From Eledone cirrhosa (Eukaryota): a stretch of 64,000 nt of DNA. Positions 14,727 through 27,065 of this stretch are shown one piece after another. The notes under the pieces are model-generated. The model ran no database searches. It was not told where the DNA came from and saw only the letters and a program-made list of their open reading frames with translations. Location of the stretch: assembly GCA_964016885.1 (NCBI GenBank), contig OZ024740.1:256866001-256930000 (forward strand), given 5' to 3'. Within the stretch, counting starts at the first letter, position 1. The number at the start of each line of letters is the position of its first letter. Made by a program: the position numbers and the translations under genes.

Positions 14727-16730
14727 TTACCTTACTTCTCGTAGAGGAAGGACGGTTTCTCCATCCTTTTCACTGCTTGTGACCTCCTCAGGAAGGATGT
14801 CCTTATAAATCCTTCTGGAGAGTGCTTGTCGGAAGTCTCCGATGTCTTTGGGGAATTTTTGTTTTAGTGTCATGTACGTTTTCTGTGTGATGGGAGTGAT
14901 TTGTATGTGTGTAGGTGTTGTGAACGTTTGGGTTGTTGTGTAGTCTTTTTCTGTGATGCTGGTGTTGTGTTGGATGTAATGTAATAATTGGTTGTTGTTC
15001 AAATGTAATTGTTTCTACATTTGGCACAAGACCAGCAAATACCCAGTACATTACTGGTACTTTATTTTATCGACCCCGTAAGGATGAAAGGCAAAGTTAA
15101 CCTTGTTGTTCAAATTTAATGCTGTGTAGTGTGTATCGTTTTGGTTGTTTTGTTTTGTTTGCGTTTGTTGTACGTTTGTTTCTGTTTCGCTTTTTCGTGA
15201 CTTTTGTGGTGTTGGTAATGGTGGTGTTGGGGTTAATGATAGTGATGGTGTTGGTGTTTGTGGTGATGGGGTTGGTGATGCTGGTGGTGATGGTGGCATA
15301 TCTGTCCTAACTTTTTTGTTTGATAGTTTATTTGTTTCCCTCTGTATTTTGTTTTTGGAGGGTGAATGAAGGGGATTTTTTTCTTTTTTGGCTTCTTTTT
15401 CTTTTTTTCGTTTTTGCTGATACCGTTTCCCACTCCTCGTCGTTACAATTTGTTTCCAGTTGCGATAGGTCGGGGAGTGGAAATCCTCCACAGGCGTTGG
15501 TTTTGGTTGTGGCGTTGTGAATGGTGTACGCGCTGGTGCTAGTTCTGGCCCGTTTGGGGGGAGGGGTTGCTACTGTTACTGGGTTTGTTGCTGTTCCAGT
15601 TGCTTCTGTTGTTGTTGCTACAGTTGTTGCTGCCATTTCTGCTGCTGGTGGTGTTGATGGTGGAGTCACTGGGTTGGGTAAGAGAGGTGGCCTCAACCTT
15701 TTAGCCTGAGGGCAGAAAGCCCTTAGGTGGGTTCCTTCACCACAAACGACGATTACGGTGAGGCGGCTGCCGTCAGTGAGGTCTATTACCTCTGGGATCT
15801 CCTTAATGCTTTTCTGGTCAGCTTGGATCAGGAGCTCCATCCCAGATCCGGACCTGTTCTCCTGCTTTTCTTTTGCTATTTCGATTATCTTGGTGTTGGC
15901 CTCGATGATGGCGAGGACGGCTGCCATTAGGCAGGGAATTTCGATGGCCGGTGGAACGTGGGTCTCCTTGATCTTCACGAGTCACTGGCCACAATAGTTT
16001 GGGACGAATGTGAAGTCGTCACTTCTTAATGGGGCCTCCTGTGCCTCCTGTAGTGTTCCAAAGAACACGTCCACGGTACCATATTTCTGCCCACGTCTGA
16101 TGTGGGTTTTTTTTTGCCCACACATGTCCCAAAGCTTTTTGGATTTGGGACTCCGATGCCCGTACCACTCGGCGCGATTTTATGTTAATCGTACGATAAG
16201 ACACGATCCATAGGCGCCGGTGCTCCATTTTATTAGGCGAGGGGGGCAGGGGGGGCTGACCCTGTACCCATCTTTCTTTACCATTCTCTTGGCTACATCT
16301 AATTCCTCCTGAGTTACCTGGAGTGCTTCGCACTTTTTTGCTGCTTTGGCAAAAACACGGTGGTTTTGTTATTCTCATTGTTGTTGTTGCTGTTGTTGTT
16401 ATCGTTATTTTTGTTATTGTTATTTTTAGTTTGAGTTGTGGTGGTGGTGGCGTCAGTGGTGTTCGGTGTGGAAGAGTCCATTCTGAGTGAATCCATTTCG
16501 ATGTCACGAGATAATTTATTTTTTTCTTTTGTTTCTGTTGTCGCTGTGGTGATGGTGGCTACAACACCTGCAGTCATTGGTAATGGCGGGAAATGAATGT
16601 CTGCATGAGACAAATTTAAATTATTGCTACTGCTTATAATTTTAGTGTTGGCAAACCTAGTAATATTTACAATGTTGGTTTCGGTGTGAGGTGTTAGTTT
16701 GTGAGGAAGGTGGGGCTGTGAGTTGCCCAT
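14727..16730 (-). pseudogene. Tx1 copy B ORF1, interrupted by a SINE and frameshifts
   Basis: Homologous to copy A ORF1 (IPEVIDL, HLRAFCPQ, QIQKAL). Confidence 0.8.
15010..15102 (-). mobile_element. Truncated Nin-type SINE inserted in Tx1 ORF1 with 18-bp TSD
   Basis: TSD ttgttgttcaaatgtaat (14992-15009) and ttgttgttcaaatttaat (15103-15120). Confidence 0.9.
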
Positions 16731-16965
16731 GATTTTTCAAAGAAATCTTTTTGTTTGATAATTATAAAAGTTTACATTTTGGGCTCAAGGCCCGAATCTT
16801 TTGAGTGTCCTTTTCCGAAAGCAAATTTTGTGACCTTATAAACAGTTAATAACAACATTTTTCCATAAATGGCAATTTTAAACAAACGAAAACAACAAAC
16901 CTTTGCGGAGCTCACGATGATACGATTTCCTACGTAGGTCGCCAATAATAATAATAATAATAATA

Positions 16966-17075
16966 ATTGTTTCTACTTTTGGCACAAGGCCAGCAATTAC
17001 CCAGTGCATTACTGGTACTTTATTTCATCGACCCCATGAGGATGAAAGGCAAAGTTAACCTTGGCGGGATTTGAA
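16966..17075 (-). mobile_element. 5'-truncated Nin-type SINE between (AAT)n tracts
   Basis: Same sequence and context as 10860-10975. Confidence 0.85.
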
Positions 17076-17092
17076 TAATAATAATAATAATA

Positions 17093-17305
17093 ATGCTTTA
17101 TTTATTAACCACAAGGGTTTACATAAAGTAGACATTAAGTACAGTACAGGAAAATACAGGACGGTACAAATGGGCATTTCTGCGTGTAAAAAAAAAAACA
17201 GAGGATGTAACAAAAAAGAACAATGAAAAATTCCCCAATAGCGGGGAGACTTCCATAGGCCATCGTGCAGAAAGCCCATTAAAAAAAGCCACGGTTTCTT
17301 TAGTG
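17093..17305 (-). mobile_element. Tx1 (B subfamily) 3'UTR fragment with (ATT)n tail
   Basis: Aligns with 11049-11255 (ttattaaccacaagggtttaca...aaagcccattaaaaa.gccac). Confidence 0.85.
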
Positions 17306-17319
17306 GCCACAAGGGGTAA

Positions 17320-19455
17320 CATGAAGAAAAACATTACAGACGACACAGAACGGTACGGGACGATACAAAGTGTGTTTTGGCCGTGTAAAAACGGTTATAA
17401 CAAGAATATAGAAATATCAAAAAAAATTCAAACAACAAAAATTTCCCAATAGGGGGGAAACTTCTAAGTGTCACTCGTGGCGAAAACCACACAAAAGACC
17501 ACCACCAACCTGACCATTCTCAGTTTTCCACTCTTCAGTTTACAGGCGCATACTCTGAGCGGGCCCGTTCACTCGGACCAGACTCGCCACTTTCACCCAC
17601 CTTTCAACAAACTTACAGAACACAGCACTTGCCTCTTCACCCTGATTTTCCGCTTCAAGTGAAACTTGAAAAAGTTAAATAGGGATTGGCCGGAGAGTAC
17701 AGTGTCCGTCTTCAACACTTTCAACCTTGTCCACCACACATCCTCTTTCACCATGGCCACCAGGCAGATGAAAACTGCCCTTCCGCCTCTTTAAAGTAGG
17801 ATGGCAGAGCTATCTGCACAATGGATTCAGTCGATAACCGGATCCGTCCTACACGCGACAGCAACTGTTCGACAAGTCAGCAATCCTCGGGTACTGAACG
17901 AGTGCAAGACGGTTTCGTCGCCCTGGGCGCATCTCGGACAGGCTCGGCTGACAGCACCTCCATGCCTGTAGAGCTTATCCTGAACCGGCAACGCTCCTCG
18001 ATAGCACTCCCAGGCGCGGAATTTCTGGTTGTTGTCCATAGTCCATGGGCTGAAATATCACTCGAAGAGAGCGAACAGCTGATCGTCTTCGACGCCCATG
18101 GTCTCCCTTAGAACGTCATTGCCTTTCACCTCCACTAGCCCAATATAGAACGCCGAGGTGGATATTCCACTGCTACTAGTATTCAGCTGGTAGAGGGCGG
18201 TGAGCGCTTGGAGACATTCCAGCTTCCAAGCGCTATCCCTTGGTCTTTTCCTGATCCAGTACTGCAGCTCCATCAAGGAGACGACCTGAGTAAAAGCGCG
18301 TCTGGCAAACGGGGATCACACCTGTTCACCGTCAAGGAAGCACCAGAAATGTCGCAGGCCCAGCGCATGTTTACGCATCATCAGCCATGGCATGCCTAGT
18401 CCACCACGCAACAGGTGTTGACAGCAGTAGGATCGTCTGACGATGGGAGCACGTCCTTTCCATAAAGAGCGAAAGAGAAGGCGCTCCATTTTGGTGAGTG
18501 TTGGGCGGGGGCAAGTTACGACGGTCAGGCGGTAGCAGATGACGGACGCGATGTACGCATTCGCCACCTCCCCCCGACATTTCAGAGACAGCCTCCTCTC
18601 GGCACATTTCTGTGTGAGAGAGGCCACCCTGCTCATCTCCTCGCTCCAATTTTTCTCCATCTGGTGGTCAGGACCGAACCAGCGCCCCACGACGGTGTCG
18701 GACGGAATGGACTTGCCTCTCCAGGTGCCGAGTTGCAAGCCCACCGACTTTTCCTGGCTTATCTTTGCTTGTCACCGCTTCGTATTCCTTGAGAGGCGTG
18801 CCAAGCATCTGGACGAGTTTGGTGCTCGACGCCACCACGGCGACGTCGTCGGCGCGAGCCGACAAGGATTTCCCTCATCGCAGTTTGCGAGGGTCCACAC
18901 TCATCGTCTCCAATTTGTGCAGATACGGTCCAATGCATACTAAAGGGATGAGAGGGGACAAGCCTGGCGGACCGAGCGCATGATGGTGAACGGCTGCGAC
19001 AGGTGACCATTCACCCTCACAATCGAGCAGATGTCACTGTGCATCGCAGCGATCCAGCTCCTAAAAGCGGACCCGAAGCCGACCGCCTCGAGTAACGCCG
19101 CCAGGTACCGATGGTCGACCCTATGCTTTAGATTGATCCAAGTTCATCAAGGCCCCACTCGGCCAGGTTCCTTAACCATCATCTCTATGGTGTATCGTAT
19201 GAGATGGAGGTTGTTGTGGATGGATCTGTCCGGAATAGCACATATCCGCGCCTCTCCCACCAGATCACGGACGACGCCAATCTCCTTGCTAACACCTTGG
19301 CCAAAATCTTGAACTCTACGTTTGGCAGAGTCATGGGCCTGAAGTTCTCTATAACGTCCCCCTTGTTCGAGTCTTTTCTCAGCTGCGCCACTTCCCCCGG
19401 CTCACAAAACTGGGAATGCTCCAGTTGCAGTAGACCTCTGCCAAGAGGTCGCTGA
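17320..19455 (-). mobile_element. Tx1 copy C (A-like subfamily), 5'-truncated, RT to 3'UTR
   Basis: ENFRPMTL, WLMMRKHAL and CPRCAQGDETVLH motifs; has its own 3'UTR at 17320-17540. Confidence 0.88.
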
Positions 19456-19519
19456 GAAGTGACCCACCCAATACAGGTGTTTCACACGTAAATAATATAG
19501 CACCCCTTTACGGGTGTCA

Positions 19520-19605
19520 TGTTCACTCGGACCAGATTCATCGACTTTCACCCACCATTCAACAAACTTAGTACAAGACAGCACTTGCCTCTCCACCCTG
19601 ATTTT
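19520..19605 (-). mobile_element. Short Tx1 ORF2 C-terminal fragment
   Basis: KIRVERQVLS..KFVEWWVKV matches 17567-17650. Confidence 0.7.
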
Positions 19606-19622
19606 AATATTAATAATAATAA

Positions 19623-22600
19623 TGTTTTCTTTATTAACCACGAGAGTTCACTTAAAAAATATAACATTAAGGACAGCACAGGACGGTGCAGGACGGTACA
19701 AATGGGCATTTCTACGTGTAAAGAAAAAACAAACAAAGAAAATGACAAAAAGAAACAAAGGAAAATTCCCCAATAGAGGGGAGACTTCCGAGGGGCACGC
19801 CTGGAGAGAGCCCATTAAAAAAGCCACGCTGATCCTGTCCTCCAGGGCAAGTGCCCTCTCCCAGTTTTACACCTTCAATTTACAGGCGTATACTCAGAGC
19901 AGGCACATTCACTCTCTCACCTATCTTTCAACAAAATGCTGGAAAGAGATCACTTCCTTCTCCACCCTGATTTTGTTTCGCAAATGAAATTTGAAAAGGT
20001 TAATCAGGGCATTACCGAAGAGGTAAGTGCTCGTCTTCAGCCCTTTCAAACGCGTCCGCCACACGATCTCTTTCGCCACGACCACCAGGCAGATAAACAC
20101 TGCCTGCTCTGCCTGGCTAAAGGACGGCGGGGCAATCCTCGCGAAGGCCTCAGCTGATAGCTGGATCCGTCCTACACGTGACAGCAGGTGTTCGACATAA
20201 ACCCACGATGCTCGGATTCTGGACGACTGCGTGCAGGACGTTTCGTCCCTCTGCGTGCATCTTGGACAGGCCCGGTTGACGGCACTTCCATGCCTGTAGA
20301 GTTTATCCCGAACTGGCAACGTTCCCGGTAGCATTGCCAAGCCAGAGATCTCTGAAAGTTGTCCATGGGCCCCGGCAAGAAAGATCTCCCGAAGAGATTG
20401 GCTAGTTTATTTTAGTCAACGCCCAGAGTTTCCCCAAGGACGTCGTCGCTCTTTCCCTAGACTAACCCTCTATAGAACGCGAAGGTGGAGTTTCCCTCGA
20501 TCACATTGCCCGATTGGTCGAGGGCTGTAAGCGCCTGAAAACATTCCCGTCTCCAAGCGCCTCCTCTCAGTCTTCGCTTGACCCAGGACTGGAGATACCT
20601 CAAGGAGTCGAGCTGGGAAAATACGAGTCTAGCAAAGGGTGACCCCACCGGATCACCGTCGAGGCCGAGGAGGAGATGCCGTAGCATGAGCGCATGTTTG
20701 CGCATCATCAGCCACGGCACACCCAGCCCTCCACGTAGCGGGTGTTGATAGAAAATGGACCTTCTGACCATCGGAGCACGTCCCTTCCACAAAAAGCAAA
20801 AGAGCAAACGCTCCAACGCAGTCAGGCGAGGCTTAGGACAAGGCCCGACGATCAGGCGGTAGTAGATGGCGGACGCGATGTACGCGTTCGCCACCTCCAC
20901 TCGACCTTTCAGGGATAGCTTCCCCTCGTCCATTTCTGGATAAGAGAGGCCACCCTGCTCGTCACCTCGTCCCAGTTTTTGTCCGTCTGGAGGTCCGGAC
21001 CGGAACAGACCCCTAGCAATTTAACCTGTCCGTCCGTCCAGCGCCCGACGTCGCTGTTGAACTGCATGGTCCTGCCTCTCCAGGTACCGAGCTGCAGGCT
21101 CACCGACTTTTCTTGTTTAATCATTGCTCCTGGCCCCGCCTCGTATTCTTTTAGTGTAGTGCTGATCGCCTCGATGTGTTTGGCATTCGACACCACAACG
21201 GTGACGTTGTCGGCATATGCTGACATGGTCCTCCCGTTTCCTAGTTCGCGCGGGACACTCCTCAACGTCCCCAGTTTGTGCAGTAATTAGCTCAAGAGCC
21301 AATACGTACAACAGGGATGAGAGGGGACATTCTTGGTAGACCGAGCGAATGATGTTGAATGGTTCCGAAAGGTGACCGTTCACTCTCACCACAGAGCAGA
21401 CGTCGTTGTGTATGGCAGCGCGAACCAGCCTCTGAAAACGGCCCAAAGCCGGCCGCCGTCAGGACCGCCGCCAGATAACGATGGTCCACCTATTGAAAAC
21501 TTTCGACTGATCTAAATTGATCAAGGACCCACCCGTGCCAGGTTCGTTAGCTACTCTCTCCAAGATGTATCGCATGAGGTGGAGGTTGTCGTGGATGGAT
21601 CTGTCTGGAATAGCACATGTCTCCGCCTCTCCTACCAGGCCGCCGATGACAAGCGCCAACCTCTTGGTTAACACCTTGGCCAAAATCTTGAACTCTGCGT
21701 TTAGCAGAGTTATGGGCCTGAAATTATCTGTATTGTCCTTCTTATTCGGGTCCTTTCTCAGCAGCGCTACTTCTCCTCGGCTCACAAAGCTGTGTATCTC
21801 GGAAGTCTCCAATGTCATTGGGGAATTTTCCTTTTAGAGTTGTGTATGTTTTTTGTGAGATGCGTATTGTTTGTATGCGTGTGGGTGGTGTGAATTTGGG
21901 GGATGTTGTTAGTTTTTCTTTGTGTTGCTGATGTTTTATTAGAAGTAGTGCAGTAGCTGTTTATTGTTCGTGTTTAAAACGGAGTAGTGCCTTTCAGTTT
22001 AGTAGTTTTGTTGTGTTCGTGTTTGTTATGGTTGCACGATTTAGTTTGTTTCTGTTTGGCTTGTTGTTGGTGGTGTTGGTGTTTGTGTAGTTGGGGGATG
22101 GTGATGCTGGTGTGGCTGGTGGTGTTGACGTAGATGTCTTGATTTTTAATTTTTTTCTTTATTTGTTTCGCCCTCTTTGAGGGTTTAGGAAGAGAGTTAT
22201 TTTTTTCTCATGTTTTTTTAACGGTTTTCCACTCCCCCTCCTCGTCCCAATCCGTCTCTAGTTGTGTGAGGTCGGGGAGTGGGATATCCTCCACAGGCGT
22301 TGGTGTGGCTTGTGGCGTAGTGAATCACGGTGGCGCTAGTGGTACTTCTGACGTGGCGGGTGGTGGTGGTGGTGCTCTTGCTACAGTTGCTGCTGTTATT
22401 GTTATTTGAGCCAGTGGCGTATGCAATGACGCCCTAACACCACCGACACCACCACAGCAACAACTGAAACAAAAAACAACAACATGAACAACAACAACAA
22501 CAACAACAGCAGCGCAGGACCAAACGTCTATTTTGCCAGTGTTGTGGTAGAGCCAAATTTCGTGCTTCGCTGTTGCTGATATTTAAATTTTGATCACAGG

Positions 22601-22860
22601 TGTTTTTTACTTTTTCACTGCTGATGACTGAGAACTGGCTGTTCTCTTGATTAAACATACGGCTGTTCCTTTTGCGGGCGTTATATTGGCGTCTGCCATG
22701 TTTCTTTTGTTATTTTTTAAAAATTTGGAGGGGCGTATTTTCTAGGAAATAAAATACAAAAATATATCCCCAAAGGGCCGCAAATATGGAAAAAAGAGCA
22801 GTTCACGAGAAAGCTGAGTCCCTTATCTCCAAAACTATATTACATTTTCAGGTGGAACAT
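19623..22860 (-). mobile_element. Tx1 copy D (B-like), endonuclease-deleted and rearranged
   Basis: (ATT)n tail at 19606-19623 and RT motifs at 20909-21795. The RT is joined directly to ORF1 3' sequence (ggaagtctccaatgtc, compare 14831). The 5'UTR may extend to about 23065. Confidence 0.85.
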
Positions 22861-22878
22861 ATAGTTTGACGGTAGAAT

Positions 22879-23018
22879 AATTGTTTCTACTAATGGCTCA
22901 AGGCCAGCAATTACTTCAATGCATTACTGGTACTTTATTTTATCGACCGCGTAAGATGAAAGGCAAAGTTAACCTCGCAAAGAATGCAAAGGGCCGTAAC
23001 TCCATGCGGCAAAGCATG
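22879..23018 (-). mobile_element. Nin-type SINE fragment
   Basis: Same core and tail as the other copies. Confidence 0.75.
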
Positions 23019-23499
23019 GTGACAAAATTTACGAGCTCACAATGAACGTTTTCGTACAACCAGTGATGTTTTCTAACATATATATATATATATGTGTGTG
23101 TGTGTTGTCTGTGCGTTCATTCTTAGAGTGACACACTCTAAAAACATTGCGTTGTGATGAAACGTGTTGTCATCGCGATACAATGATTTATACTCTCTCT
23201 CTGTCTCTCTCTTTTCTCTCTCTTTCTTCCCCAACCTTCTCTCTCTGTTTCTATTCCTCTATCCCTCTTTCTCATTGTTTTAGTCTCTTCTTTTTCTTCT
23301 TTCTCGTTTTCTAGTTACCTTTCATTCACATAACTTGTCTCTTTGAATCTCTTTGACTGGTTATATTACCCCCCCCCCCCCCCTCTCTCTCTTCCTTTCT
23401 TCTCCTCACCCCTCTCTCCATCTTACCTCTTTTTATATTTTATTCATAACCACACGTTGCAACACATTCTCCAGTACCGTTTCTCTCTACCCAATTTGG

Positions 23500-23713
23500 A
23501 GAGTTAGAGAGTGAGTGAGAATAAAAGTGTGAGAGAGATTTGGAGAGTGAGTGGGAATAAAAGTGTGAGAGAGAGTTGGAGAGTGAGTGAGAATAACAGT
23601 GGGAGGGGCAGAGAGAGAGTTGGAGAGTGAGTGAGAGAGAGAGAGAGAGTTGGAAAGGGAGTGAGAATAAGAGTGAGAGAGAAAAAGAGAGGGAAAGAAT
23701 GAGAGACATGGAG

Positions 23714-23809
<96 letters not shown>

Positions 23810-23822
23810 AGAGCGAGAGAGA
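23500..23822. repeat. GA-rich ~38-bp minisatellite plus (GA)n
   Basis: Repeated ttggagagtgagtgagaataaaagtgtgagagag units followed by pure (GA)n. Confidence 0.85.
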
Positions 23823-24017
23823 AGTGAAATACAATAAAACTAATGTTTTATTTTTTTAAATTGTGGAAAACCGATCCAACAACGAATGCTCCGTCAGAGA
23901 AACGAAGGAATAATACTGTAATAAACTAAAATTTCTAACAAACTATCAAAGCAATTTATTTCTAGTAGCTAAGTCAGTCGCTCCAGGTTGTAGACGACTC
24001 TACTAATAGTGTGAGAA

Positions 24018-24113
24018 GGCGCGTTGCTTGGTGATTAGAGAATTGGATTTACAATCGAGATGTTGTAAGTTCGATTCCCTAGCCGGGCGATGAGTTATGT
24101 CCTTGAGCAAGAT
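24018..24113 (+). mobile_element. tRNA-derived CORE-type SINE fragment
   Basis: A-box-like start, B box GTTCGATTCC, then TGTCCTTGAGCAAGA. Relatives at 25448 and 50447. Confidence 0.55.
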
Positions 24114-24251
24114 CTGTATGTATGTAACGTCCAGTAACGCATGATGGAGTAGAGGGGGACATCGTCGTCGAATACAGCGATCTTGGGTAGTTTATTTGTA
24201 CCTGATGAAGTCCATCCTTTCTCGTTGAATGTTATTATTATTGCTGGTGCA

Positions 24252-24371
24252 TTTACGGCCTGAGTTCAACTCCCACCGAGGTTAACTTTGCCTTTCATCT
24301 TTACGCGGTCGATAATATAGTACCAGTAATGTACTGGGATAATTGCTGGCCTTGTGCCAAAAGTAGAAACA
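24252..24371 (+). mobile_element. Truncated Nin-type SINE with 18-bp TSD
   Basis: TSD attattattgctggtgca at 24234-24251 and 24372-24389. Confidence 0.9.
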
Positions 24372-24399
24372 ATTATTATTGCTGGTGCAAAGATGAAGA

Positions 24400-24560
24400 A
24401 ATGGGATCGTTAGAGCGTTCTGATTTCGAATTATACCGTAGTTGACTTTGTTTTTCATTCTTCCGAGGTCGATATAAAAAAGTATCAGTGAAGTACGGGG
24501 TTGAATTTAATCAACTTTCGCCAACCGCCAAATTGCTGGTCTTGCGCTTAAATTAAAAAC
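24400..24560 (+). mobile_element. Older degraded Nin-type SINE
   Basis: gactttgtttttcattcttccgaggtcgata...aattgctggtcttgcgc. Confidence 0.6.
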
Positions 24561-25141
24561 TCTTATTGTTATCATCTTCATCGTCTAAAAGTGTGTTATA
24601 CCGTTGTTCATCACCAATTTTGGGGACGTTGGTAGGTTTGTTTGATGATACATCTTACTAAGGAGACATTTTCTGATGGTTTACGATCAAAAACAGCAAC
24701 GAAAAATGAACAAAAAAATTCTAAGAAAAAGAAAGTAAAAACTGGCCATAATTTTACCCGATAAGTGATATAAGACTGGGGTAGGAGCAGACGAAGTATT
24801 AGGGAGAAGAGGGTAGGTCGTAAAAAGAGGGGTAACAGATGTGACCAGTCCATCAGCAGCTCCTTTGTCTGTCACAACCGGCTGTCTGATATTGTAAGGA
24901 ATTCCCCCGCTACATACCAACGTGTATCTCACACTCTCCCCCTCCCTGTTTATTCACCTGTATGTCTTTCTGTCTCTGTCCCCTGTCTATCTCATTCTCT
25001 GTCCCTCTATCCATCGGTATATAGTGTTCGTTTTCTGACAAACTGTTACGAAAGCACAGTTAATACACATACACCTATACATACACATATGCACTCACAT
25101 TTACACACACATAGACACACACACAAACACATAACACACAC

Positions 25142-25216
<75 letters not shown>

Positions 25217-25231
25217 ATATATACATACATT

Positions 25232-25294
<63 letters not shown>

Positions 25295-25447
25295 GCATAA
25301 GCACACTATTCTATCTCTGAATCTATCAATCTATCAAACACTTAACAATTTTATTAGTTTTGTCCGTTTCTTTCTTGCCTTTGTGTGCGTGTGTTAGGGG
25401 AGGCGATTGTTCATATATATATATATATATATGTTTATGTACGAAAA

Positions 25448-25605
25448 GGCGTGTGATTTAGTGGTTAGAGTGTTCAGCTCATGATAGTAAAGTGGTGAGT
25501 TCGATGTTGGGTTGTACAATGTGTTCTTGGACAAAATACTTTATTTTCCGGTTTTTCAGTTCACACAATTAGAAAATATATATCGTACCTGTAATTCAGA
25601 GGGCT
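25448..25605 (+). mobile_element. tRNA-derived CORE-type SINE
   Basis: TAGTGGTTAGAG A box, GAGTTCGA B box, then tgttcttggacaaaatactttatt. Confidence 0.55.
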
Positions 25606-25624
25606 AGAACAGATTTTACGGGCA

Positions 25625-25782
25625 AAACCATTCGGTAGGAGACGTAGGGGTAGAACCCTAGCAATATAGTTGGATAACATCTGGACTCACTTGGATCTGT
25701 TGGAAACGGCTGCTTCTAACAGGACCCGCTGGAACGAGTGTTTGGGGACTTATCCTCCACGACCCTCTGGGCAAAGAAGAAG
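25625..25782 (+). mobile_element. LINE 3'-end remnant (RTE-like)
   Basis: Shares ttggataacatc and gcttct.acaggacccgct with 28503-28650. Confidence 0.5.
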
Positions 25783-26368
25783 AATATATATATATTCTAA
25801 ATTGATGAACAAAAGATAATTATAGTTAAAGAATCTTCTAATTTAATTGGGGTTTCATCAGAAAATATGTATATAATCTAAACCACGGACACAACTTGAA
25901 ATATGTCAAACTTAACTACAAACAGGCGCTCTAATAGTATAACAATTACTACGTCTATAGCAAAATATTCCCAGAGGTTATTGGATTTATAATCTCATCG
26001 GTTACGAATTTTCATGTGGTTGTTGGTATGATATACATATCTTCTGATGGAATTCCACTTAGGTGAGAAAATGTATGAAAGATATAATTTTTTCAATTTT
26101 TAAAGAAATACATATATTTGACAAATTTAAATTGTCTAAAATATATAAACACATTTACGCCATCACGGTTACCTCCGTATTGTACATACACAGATATATA
26201 TTTATATTATATATCACGGAATCTGTATATAAGGTATAAAAGAAGAAACAAACACACACATACGCAGAATAGTATATGCATATACATATGTATATGTATA
26301 CAGAACTACATATACATATATATATATATATATATATTTATTCATACCTTCACACACAGACTCATATA

Positions 26369-26421
<53 letters not shown>

Positions 26422-26899
26422 TCACACACACACATATATATATATATAATATATATATATATTCATACACACATATATTATCTATGCACTAATAACATTG
26501 CTGTCATAAATGTCAACTCTTCACTCCGAATGAAATAATCTGCTTCACTGAACTCAGTAAATAACATCGTCAGACTCTATGGAAGTAAGAAGTAACGTTT
26601 CACATCAATAATCGCAGGACGAATTTTGGCTTTGTTCTTCACAATGGTTAGTTAGTCAGCTCTATAGCTTAGCTAGAGAGTTAGACATTACGAAGGACCG
26701 ACGCAACCATTAAGGTCAACTAGGCAAAACGCCTATGGTTCAGACCATAAGGAGTCGTATAACTAAATCTTAAAAAAGCACAGTTTTTAAGTCTTTGTAA
26801 TTAAATGAGGAAACATCTGGCGCAGCAGAGAAATCCCTGCTATAAATAGCACAAGATCGCAAGCTGGCGTATTTTGGATATGTAGTGACACACCACATG

Positions 26900-27065
26900 G
26901 ATTTGAGACTGGTGAGCACATGGATGTGTGCCAAGCAGTAGGAGAAAAGAGGGGCCCAAATATTTGAGACTGACGATCACTGTAATATATGGAGGTGTGC
27001 CAGGGAGCGAGAGAAGAGGGGACCCAAGAATTTGAGACTGGTGAGCACTGTTATACATGGACGTG
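26900..27065. repeat. Degenerate ~65-bp tandem repeat (about 2.5 units)
   Basis: Recurrent tttgagactg..ga.cac..tgga.gtgtgcca..gagggg.ccc. Confidence 0.6.

Larger units (their letters stand above)
11049..16943 (-). mobile_element. Tx1-clade LINE copy B, about 5.9 kb full-length but inactivated
   Basis: 5'UTR, ORF1, ORF2 and 3'UTR are all present. The 3' end reads AATAAAGAAAGC then (ATT)n. Confidence 0.92.

Noticed and set aside
342-21837. Plus-strand ORFs over the Tx1 cluster
   Set aside because: They are antisense shadows of LINE ORFs with no independent motifs.
23500-27065. CRISPR-like arrays
   Set aside because: These are degenerate tandem minisatellites without unique spacers, in eukaryotic DNA.
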